Virus record (IMG/VR): IMGVR_UViG_3300045988_115994
Reading direction: 5' to 3' (one strand)
Source: a virus
Length of the DNA stretch: 16,259 bases
Part shown: positions 6,798 to 13,726 of the stretch, in pieces
Layout: each line of letters opens with the position of its first letter
Position numbering within the stretch: position 1 is the stretch's first letter
Notes under the pieces: model-generated
Told to the model about the DNA's origin: nothing
Databases searched by the model: none
Seen by the model: only the letters and a program-made list of their open reading frames with translations
Translations under genes and position numbers: made by a program

Positions 6798-6832
6798 CGA
6801 ACCTCTAAATTAAATAAGGGAGAGTAAAGAAG

Positions 6833-7156
6833 ATGATTTATTTAATTACTTTTTTGTTTATGGTTCTGGATTTTATAAGCGGAATCGTAATGGCAGTGAA
6901 GAACAAGAATTTCAATTCTTCTATTATGCGTGAAGGGCTTTTCAACAAGTTCGGTTCTGTTTGCGTGATTGCTTGCGCGGTGCTGATTGACTGGGGGCAG
7001 ATTTATCTTGATATTGGTTTTACCGTTCCGGTAGCGTCTGCAATGTGCAGTTATATTATTCTTATGGAAATCGGTTCGATTTTGGAAAACGTAGGGAGAA
7101 TAAATAAGAACTTAGTACCCGAGAAAATCCGGTCGATATTAGAAAAGGTTTCATAA
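6833..7156 (+). CDS. Holin (phage holin family 4 / toxin-secretion holin-like), 107 aa
   Basis: RBS AAGGGAGAG upstream. Three hydrophobic segments, an N-terminal VLDFISGIVMAVKNKNFNSS..GLFNK pattern typical of this holin family, and a charged C-terminus. Confidence 0.75.
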   Translation: MIYLITFLFMVLDFISGIVMAVKNKNFNSSIMREGLFNKFGSVCVIACAVLIDWGQIYLDIGFTVPVASAMCSYIILMEIGSILENVGRINKNLVPEKIRSILEKVS

Positions 7157-7174
7157 TGTTTCACGTGAAACATT
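7155..7174. repeat. Copy 3 of the 20-bp palindrome (extends to 24 bp, 7153..7176); overlaps the holin stop codon and abuts the tRNA
   Basis: Exact 20-mer, with flanking AT/AT that extend the palindrome. The tRNA acceptor stem starts at 7177. Confidence 0.95.
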
Positions 7175-7176
7175 AT

Positions 7177-7247
7177 TGGCGCGTAGTTCAGAGGGAGAAC
7201 AGTAGATTCTGACTCTATAGTCGCGGGTTCGATTCCCGCCGCGCTAG
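7177..7247 (+). tRNA. tRNA-Gln, anticodon CUG (71 nt, CCA not encoded)
   Basis: Hand-folded cloverleaf:
- Acceptor TGGCGCG/CGCGCTA (U1-A72, G2-U71), discriminator G.
- D stem GTTC/GAAC with loop AGAGGGA.
- Anticodon stem GTAGA/TCTAT with loop TTCTGAC.
- Variable region AGTC.
- T stem GCGGG/CCCGC with loop TTCGATT.
U1-A72 plus G73 is typical of bacterial tRNA-Gln. Confidence 0.9.
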
Positions 7248-7266
7248 TTTTTGGAGGAAAAGAGAC

Positions 7267-8334
7267 GTGAAGTTTACAAAACCTTATTACAATTTAGATG
7301 AAATTAAAAGTGTAAAAGATTTAGACGGTTGCGAACCGATCTTGAGAATGATTATTGGAAACCGTAGCGCCGGAAAAACCACGGCTTTACTAATTGAAAG
7401 TTTGAATAAACATAAAGAGGATAGTTCGCAAGTTGTATTCTTATACAGAACACAAGACGAGATAGCAAGCAGTGGCAAAATGTATGAAGATGTTTTTGAC
7501 AATTACCCAGAAATGGGTAAAATGGTTACAAATAAAAGTGTAGTTAAAGGGCTTATTAGCGCTATGATTTTACATGACGCGGAGGAAAATCAAAGCGTTT
7601 TAGGCTATGCGGTTTATTTTAACAATCCCGATAAAATCAAAAAATATAGCCCTATGTTTAAAGATGTAAATTTGATTGTTTTTGATGAATTTGTACTTGA
7701 AAACAATGGTTATTTAAAAAATGAGATAACTAAGTTTGAAAGCGTTTTGCGTAGTATATGCCGTGGTAAAGGTAAGCAAGTGCGTGATGTTCCAGTTTAC
7801 ATGCTTGCGAATTATGTAGTTTTGCTAAACCCATATTATATATTTTTTGGTATGCACAAGCGATTGCGTGATAATACAAGGTTTTTACGCGGTCATGGTT
7901 GGGTAGCACAATTTACTATCAATAAAAGCGCTAAGAAAGCGCTTAATGAAAGTGGATTAAGTAAAGTTTTTAGTAATAGTGCTTATACGCTATCATCCGC
8001 TGATGGAATTTATCTATGTGATGCCACGGCTTTTGTTGAAAAAATCAGTGGAAACAGTAACTATATTTTTACTCTTGTATGTGGGAAAGATCGTTTTGCT
8101 GTAAGAGAGTATCCAGAAAAAGGTGTGGTTTATATTGACTACACAGCAGACCCCAACGCAAGACATATTTTTACGTTCGACCCGTCAAGCCACAATGCAG
8201 ATACGCTTATGTTATCGAGTAAGTCTTTTATTTATGATTATTTAAAGAGGGCTTATGATATGGGTCTATTGAGGTTTAAAGACCTTAAATGCAAAAATAT
8301 TGTGTTGGATATATTGAGTGTGAGGTTGATGTAA
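7267..8334 (+). CDS. DNA encapsidation (packaging) ATPase, phi29 gp16-like
   Basis: GTG start 9 nt after GGAGG. Walker A is IIGNRSAGKTT (compare phi29 VIGARGIGKS) and Walker B is NLIVFDEF. N-terminal similarity YYNLDEIKS versus FYNPQKMLS. Confidence 0.9.
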   Translation: MKFTKPYYNLDEIKSVKDLDGCEPILRMIIGNRSAGKTTALLIESLNKHKEDSSQVVFLYRTQDEIASSGKMYEDVFDNYPEMGKMVTNKSVVKGLISAMILHDAEENQSVLGYAVYFNNPDKIKKYSPMFKDVNLIVFDEFVLENNGYLKNEITKFESVLRSICRGKGKQVRDVPVYMLANYVVLLNPYYIFFGMHKRLRDNTRFLRGHGWVAQFTINKSAKKALNESGLSKVFSNSAYTLSSADGIYLCDATAFVEKISGNSNYIFTLVCGKDRFAVREYPEKGVVYIDYTADPNARHIFTFDPSSHNADTLMLSSKSFIYDYLKRAYDMGLLRFKDLKCKNIVLDILSVRLM

Positions 8335-9476
8335 TGGCATTGAGCGATTATAGAGATTATGGTTATAGCAAAGCGGTATGGGATAATTTAATGACATACA
8401 TAAATAACTCTATAGGCGTAGCGGCGTTGATGGGAAATTTATATGCAGAGAGTGGAATAATACCATATAGATGCCAAGGAGATTTTAGCTCCATCAACAA
8501 TTTTTTACCAAGTAAAAATTATACTAAAGACGTAGATAGCGGTGTAGTTAGTGAGTATGATTTTGTGGAACATGGATTATATGAGAATAAAGACGGGTAC
8601 GGGCTTGCGCAATGGACTTATTACACACGTAAACAAGGATATTATAATGCATGGAAAAGTGGCGGCTACTCAAGTATCGGTAGTTTGGAATTAGCTTTAT
8701 TTTATCTTAAATATGAGTTAGAAAATGATTACACTGATACTCTTAATGTGTTAAAAAATGCTAGTGATATTCGTACAGCTAGCACATATGTTCTTTTTAA
8801 TTTTGAAAACCCCGATAATAAAGGGGAAGCAGTACAGAATTTACGGTATAGCTATTCGAAAGATATTTACGATAGTTTTAATGGTTCTGCACCGATTGAA
8901 AGAAAAAGTTTGACTATAACACCAACTAGTACTAGTATTATAGACGGGGGAACTGTTACAATTAGTGTTGAAGCGACCGGAGAGTGGACGTACAACTTAG
9001 GGCACTATCTCTCACTTGTAGAAAAAACTGACGGCGTGCTTGTAATTAGCGGCAATGCAAACACCGCCCAGATTACAACCGCCGTAGCCTTTTGGCTTGT
9101 AGATGATGCAAGTGTGCAAGTCCAATGCCAGATAGGTATTAACCGACCCGCACCGCCCGCGCCGACTATCAGCGTTACGCCATATAGTCAGACCGCAAAT
9201 GTAAACACGATTGTTAGATTTATGGTAAGCGCTAACAGAGCATGGAGCGTTAAAGTACCTAGCGGTGCTAGTTTGTATCGTAAAGACGGTAACTCGGTTT
9301 ATATTTTAATAGGTAATACCGCTTTAACCAGAATTGTCTTAAGATTTTATATCAATGATGATGTGAATATCTATCAAGATGTACCAGTAAATATATTAGG
9401 TGTGTCGCCAATTCCGAGCGGCAGAAAAACGCCTTTAATATATTATTTAAAACCATTTTTAGGAAAAAGGAGGTAA
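8334..9476 (+). CDS. Tail-associated peptidoglycan hydrolase: phi29 gp13 N-terminal lysozyme-like domain plus two Ig-like C-terminal repeats
   Basis: The start ATG overlaps the ATPase stop (TAATG). MGNLYAESG and GYGLAQWT match gp13 MLGNMQSES and GFGLVQWT. The C-terminus has two ~90-aa beta-rich repeats separated by a PAPPAP linker. No LytM motif (HxxxD/HxH) was seen. Confidence 0.8.
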   Translation: MALSDYRDYGYSKAVWDNLMTYINNSIGVAALMGNLYAESGIIPYRCQGDFSSINNFLPSKNYTKDVDSGVVSEYDFVEHGLYENKDGYGLAQWTYYTRKQGYYNAWKSGGYSSIGSLELALFYLKYELENDYTDTLNVLKNASDIRTASTYVLFNFENPDNKGEAVQNLRYSYSKDIYDSFNGSAPIERKSLTITPTSTSIIDGGTVTISVEATGEWTYNLGHYLSLVEKTDGVLVISGNANTAQITTAVAFWLVDDASVQVQCQIGINRPAPPAPTISVTPYSQTANVNTIVRFMVSANRAWSVKVPSGASLYRKDGNSVYILIGNTALTRIVLRFYINDDVNIYQDVPVNILGVSPIPSGRKTPLIYYLKPFLGKRR

Positions 9477-9480
9477 AAAG

Positions 9481-9771
9481 ATGACAGCAGACGAAGCTTT
9501 GAAAGCGATCTTAGGAAAGATTGAAGCGCCGGAGGAATTAGACGAAGAAATCAACGTAATCACGGAGTCAATCAGAAGTGGCGCAAACGTAACCGACGAC
9601 GGCTACAAGGAACGCTATGAGGGATTGCGCGAAAAGTACATTGCGCGTTTTGGCGAGATGTTAGCCGGACAGGAAAATCCGAGAACGGACATTGAAGAAC
9701 CAAAAGCGGATGTTGAAGTGATTGAGGACGTAACGCCGGATATGCTCGATTTTGACGGCAGTACAGAGTAG
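9481..9771 (+). CDS. Scaffolding protein candidate (96 aa, acidic, helical)
   Basis: RBS AAGGAGG upstream. Size, charge and position immediately upstream of the capsid gene match phi29 gp7. There is no strong sequence identity. Confidence 0.55.
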   Translation: MTADEALKAILGKIEAPEELDEEINVITESIRSGANVTDDGYKERYEGLREKYIARFGEMLAGQENPRTDIEEPKADVEVIEDVTPDMLDFDGSTE

Positions 9772-9791
9772 AGAAAGAGAGGTAGAAGAAA

Positions 9792-11069
9792 TTGGCTAAT
9801 AAAGTAGCGGCAACAAATGTTGCCATATTAAACGCTGTGAGATCTATGCAAAGTCTTGAGTATCGTGACAGAATTCCCGAAGCAACGGCGGAAAATATCT
9901 CGTCTATTTACGAGAGTCTACTGAACATCGTACCGTTGCGTAACGCGTTTGCTAATGCTCTGGTTGAACAGATCATGGAACAGAGGATTGAGACGGTCTT
10001 TTTTGAAAATCCTCTGGGAGTCCTCAAAAGAGATCCTATGCGCTACGGCGGAACGGAAGAAGAAATTTTTGTGAACATGGCAAAGGGTAAGCAGTTTAAC
10101 CAGTTTGCTACAGTAGCAGAGTTATACGCTTACTACCAGACAAGCGTCATGGCGGCTTACCATAAGATCACACCGGCTATCCAGTACGCGGTTACAGTTA
10201 CTTTTGACAACTTGCGTACGGCGTTTAGATCGGAGTACGGCGTGCGCGATCTGATTAACGCAAAAGTGCAGTCACTTTTTGCGGCGGCGAACTGGGACGA
10301 ATATTTATGTATGAAACGTTTGATTGAGAGCGCGAGCGCGGCAGATCAGCTTTATGCAGTTAATGTTGCAGACCCGACAGCGAGTGCGGAGAACGCGAAG
10401 AAGCTGACGAAGCTTGTCAAGGCGTACATTGGGCAAATGAAGTTCCCGCACCCAGAATACAATATTGCCGGAGCAGATTCTTGTGCAAACGATCAAACAA
10501 TTTTTTATATTACAACGCCAGAGATTGATGCAGAGTTAGATGTTGAGGTACTTGCTACCGCGTTTAATATGGACAAGGTGGATATTAACGTCCGAAAGAT
10601 CATCATTGACAAGTTTGATGACCCGAACATTAAGCTTGCGTTATTTGATATGAGATTTTTCAATGTGCGCGAGAATTTCCGGACGCTGACGGATTCGAGA
10701 AATGGTGCGGCGCTGACGTGGAATTATTTTTATACGATGTCAGAGATGTTTTCCTATTCTCCGTTTTTTCCTTGTATCGTCTTTACCACAGACACCGTCG
10801 GGCTTACAACCGTGAGTATTACAGACACCGCCGGAAACGTGGGAACTGATGTGGGGATCACGGCGTTAGTAAGCGGAGACAGCCAGTACACGCCGCAAAT
10901 GCTTGACTATGACGTTGAAGGCGCTACAAGTCAGTATACGTCCTTTATCCCCGGTTCTAATATTTTGCATATTGCAAATGACGAAAAAGCGGCAACACTT
11001 ACGGTCAAAGCAACGTCAAGATATGATAGCACGATCAGCGGAACAGGTACTGTCACAGTCAACCAGTAA
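9792..11069 (+). CDS. Major capsid protein, phi29 gp8-like, with a C-terminal Ig-like (BIG2-type) domain
   Basis: TTG start after GAGAGG. By-eye matches to gp8: NPLGVLKRD versus NPLKKFKKG, DEYLCMKRL versus DEYEYMKLL, IDAELDVEVLATAFNM versus LEAELDVDVLAKAFNM, and LTWNYFY versus LYWNYYY. C-terminal TLTVKATS matches gp8 LTVKATV. Confidence 0.92.
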   Translation: MANKVAATNVAILNAVRSMQSLEYRDRIPEATAENISSIYESLLNIVPLRNAFANALVEQIMEQRIETVFFENPLGVLKRDPMRYGGTEEEIFVNMAKGKQFNQFATVAELYAYYQTSVMAAYHKITPAIQYAVTVTFDNLRTAFRSEYGVRDLINAKVQSLFAAANWDEYLCMKRLIESASAADQLYAVNVADPTASAENAKKLTKLVKAYIGQMKFPHPEYNIAGADSCANDQTIFYITTPEIDAELDVEVLATAFNMDKVDINVRKIIIDKFDDPNIKLALFDMRFFNVRENFRTLTDSRNGAALTWNYFYTMSEMFSYSPFFPCIVFTTDTVGLTTVSITDTAGNVGTDVGITALVSGDSQYTPQMLDYDVEGATSQYTSFIPGSNILHIANDEKAATLTVKATSRYDSTISGTGTVTVNQ

Positions 11070-11096
11070 AATGTTTCACGTGAAACATTGATTTTT
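11070..11096 (+). terminator. Copy 4 of the 20-bp palindrome (11070..11089) followed by a T5 run; likely a partial intrinsic terminator after the capsid gene
   Basis: The exact 20-mer starts 1 nt after the TAA, then GATTTTT. The RNA stem would be 8 bp and AT-rich with an ACGU loop, so it is weak. Confidence 0.55.
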
Positions 11097-11133
11097 GAGG
11101 GGAGTGCAATGCTCCCCTAGAAATGAGGGAAAC

Positions 11134-12819
11134 ATGGATAGCATGATACCTATGCCAACACAAAAAAACGTAGACGGGATAGCACCTGTCGCACAAGTAA
11201 GAATCTGCCGCGGGATTCCTTGGGATTCGTCATATAACCATGTAAGGCTTTTTAATAGTCGAGAAGAACTTTTTGCTTATGTTGATAGCAAAGCAATTTA
11301 TAGCACTGATAATGCCGCGCCAGTTAAGAGAGGTTACGCGGATTTTGCCGCACCCGTCAACGAGTTATACGCCGATAGCGCTAACTATATCGCATTTAAA
11401 AATGTTGGATATATGGATAATTGGATGTACGGCTTTATTACGAGCGTAGAACCGTTATCCGTGAACTCTTGCCGCGTGCATTTTATTATGGACGTATGGA
11501 CGAATTGCCAATTTGATATGGTACTAAATAAGTGCTATATCGAACGCCAGATTGTAAAAAAGAGTGAAGATGTGATAGGGCGGTATACTTTTCCAGAGGG
11601 ATTGGAAACCGGAGATTATATCGTAAAACAAGAGACAGAACAAAATTATGATGCGCCGGAACTAAGTGATCGAAACATTATGAGCGTTGTCGTTCCGAGC
11701 GCATTTGACGAGAACGGAAATTTTAACGGCGGCGAATTTAGAGATGGCGTGTATACTGCCATCACTTATAACGTTTTTGATAATGGAGACGGCGTAAACG
11801 ATTTTTTAATTTCTGCTAACGCAAATGGTACTATTGACGGAATTTTAAACGCGTTTATGATGCCAACCAGCTTTATTGCAGAGGAAACACAATTCAAGCA
11901 ACTTAATCTACCAAAAAAGTATGACAGTATTGACGGCTATGTGCCGAAAAATAAAAAACTGTTTTGCTATCCATATAACTTTTTATACGGAAACAACAAC
12001 AACGGCACAGGAATAGAGTATAAATATGAGTATTTTTCCAGTGACGCTTGTAGTTTTACTTATACAGTAGCTATGACACCTAACCCTCTGTTAGTGTCCT
12101 ACCCCATCCAGTATAGAGGATACGCCGTAGACTATACCGATATGCTTACATTTTCGGACTATCCAAAATGTGCTATCATGACAGACGCATACAAGGCATA
12201 TATTGCGCAAATGACAAGCACCGCGGGCGCGAGCGCTTTAATGAGCGCGGGAAACGCGGTTTCGCAAGGTGTTGACACTGCCGCCGGAGTTTTTAGCGGT
12301 GTTGGAAAAGCGTTATCTGGTGCGGGTTTTGGTTTTTTGGGTGCGGCGGCGAGTGGAACGGGAAACGCCATAGCAACAGGAAAGCAAGCCGCGAGTGACG
12401 CTTTTAAGTCTAGCCCATTAAGTACTCTTAGTAGCACTGATTGGTCTGATGTTATCGGAAACGGTATAAAAGCGGTAGTTAATCATTTTTTACAACCGAG
12501 TGGAAACGTCACAACTGCTAGCGGTAATTCTAGTAAGATCATCGGAAACGACCACATTAGTTATTATCCGATGCAAATTCGAGCAGAGTATGCGCGGAAG
12601 ATTGATGACTATTTTACCATGTTTGGGTACAAGATTGGAGAGATCGGACAACCCGCAATCAACAATAGAACGGCATGGGATTTTGTCAAAACACGTAATT
12701 GCACGATCAGCGGTAACATTGACCTTGATTACCTTGTTGTTTTACGATCAATATTTGACCGCGGTGTGACAATATGGCACACTAATGACATCGGTAATTA
12801 TGGGCTTACAAACAATTAA
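11134..12819 (+). CDS. Tail knob protein, phi29 gp9-like (561 aa from ATG 11134)
   Basis: RBS GAGGGAAAC upstream. N-terminal NWMYGFITSVE..VHFIMDVWTN matches gp9 NKWFYAFVTELE..VHFEIDVLQT. C-terminal FGYKI..NCTISGNID..IFDRGVTIWHTNDIGNY matches YGYKI..DCFISGDIN..IFDNGITLWHTDNIGNY. An internal Gly/Ala-rich hydrophobic loop is present. Confidence 0.93.
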   Translation: MDSMIPMPTQKNVDGIAPVAQVRICRGIPWDSSYNHVRLFNSREELFAYVDSKAIYSTDNAAPVKRGYADFAAPVNELYADSANYIAFKNVGYMDNWMYGFITSVEPLSVNSCRVHFIMDVWTNCQFDMVLNKCYIERQIVKKSEDVIGRYTFPEGLETGDYIVKQETEQNYDAPELSDRNIMSVVVPSAFDENGNFNGGEFRDGVYTAITYNVFDNGDGVNDFLISANANGTIDGILNAFMMPTSFIAEETQFKQLNLPKKYDSIDGYVPKNKKLFCYPYNFLYGNNNNGTGIEYKYEYFSSDACSFTYTVAMTPNPLLVSYPIQYRGYAVDYTDMLTFSDYPKCAIMTDAYKAYIAQMTSTAGASALMSAGNAVSQGVDTAAGVFSGVGKALSGAGFGFLGAAASGTGNAIATGKQAASDAFKSSPLSTLSSTDWSDVIGNGIKAVVNHFLQPSGNVTTASGNSSKIIGNDHISYYPMQIRAEYARKIDDYFTMFGYKIGEIGQPAINNRTAWDFVKTRNCTISGNIDLDYLVVLRSIFDRGVTIWHTNDIGNYGLTNN

Positions 12820-12835
12820 CGAAAAGAGGTAAAAA

Positions 12836-13726
12836 ATGAAAAATCAATCTAAAGACGCTGAATATTTTAGTGTACCACAGTATCGCAATTATTATGTGCG
12901 TTACTTTAATATGTTGCATGAAATGATCGTGAACCGATTTGAATGGTTGGGATTGCCGGATGAAATTCCACCGAGAGTATTAGAAGATTATCTTTTCTGG
13001 TGGGGGCAGGCTGTCTTTTTTAAAGATGATGTACTAGAAAAATACGCCGCTATGAAAACCAACCTTGGCGGTACTGTAGATATTTATGGCGTACCTAACA
13101 TGCGTTTCGCCCATGCACAACAGTATTTTAAAACGCTTGGAAAAAATAACAGTGTCATCATCTGGGACAGTAGCGTAGGTTATCCTAGCGTTGACTATGT
13201 GCAGATGTACGCGGAAAGTTTGGCAAATATGAGGATGACAAGAAATTTAAATATTTACGCGCAAAGAACGCCTGTTGTTATTGCGGGTAGCGAAAATCAG
13301 CGCTTAAGTATAAAAAACCTCTTTAAACAGTATAATGATTTTGTACCATTTATCAGCGTTAAAGACGGAATTAGTAACGTTGAGAACATGAAAGTACTAA
13401 ATCTAAACCCACCTAACGTATTCGGTGACCTTACAACGGCTATGAGACAAGAAATTGCAGACTTTTGCGTCCAATTCGGTATTAGTAATATTGACGGCAC
13501 AAAAAAAGAACGTTTAATTACGAGCGAAGTCGAACAAGATGCTGACCTCACGTTAATTAACCGGCAATCTTTTTTAAGTGTGCGAAAGCGCGCTTGTGAG
13601 CAGATTAACCGTCTGTTTGGACTTGAGGTTGATGTGCAATACATTGGTAACGGCTTAGGTCTGGAAAGAAAAGAAAAACTTGTAAATGGAGGTGACGAAA
13701 ATGTCGACCTATACGACGAAGATTAG
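12836..13726 (+). CDS. Portal (head-tail connector / upper collar), phi29 gp10-like
   Basis: [17 protein letters not shown] matches gp10 [42 protein letters not shown] matches [35 protein letters not shown] matches [23 protein letters not shown] matches ACEKINELYGLNV. Confidence 0.95.
   Translation: [296 protein letters not shown]

Noticed and set aside
6571-6813. 80-aa ORF on the + strand inside the large intergenic region
   Set aside because: It has no Shine-Dalgarno before its ATG, while every accepted gene has a strong one. Its sequence is dominated by the inverted repeats of the structured region, and the composition is odd and Cys/Gly/Pro-rich. I treat it as non-coding.
7207-7213. The tRNA as a suppressor, implying stop-codon recoding
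   Set aside because: The anticodon loop reads TTCTGAC, so the anticodon is CUG (standard Gln), not CUA or UCA. All homology-supported genes are open under the standard code without in-frame stops.
6473-7247. Assignment of the structured region to the large phage-associated RNAs that often neighbour tRNAs (GOLLD, ROOL)
   Set aside because: Those RNAs are roughly 580-800 nt, and only about 360 nt is available here. I recognise none of their motifs from memory, and a holin gene separates the region from the tRNA. It needs a covariance-model search rather than a by-eye call.
11098-11118. GC-rich hairpin AGGGGAG-tgcaatg-CTCCCCT between the capsid and tail-knob genes, considered as an intrinsic terminator
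   Set aside because: The T-run lies before the stem, not after it, and the minus-strand reading is followed by CAAAAAT. I keep it only as a stem-loop that may modulate translation of the tail-knob gene or add to the pause at palindrome copy 4.
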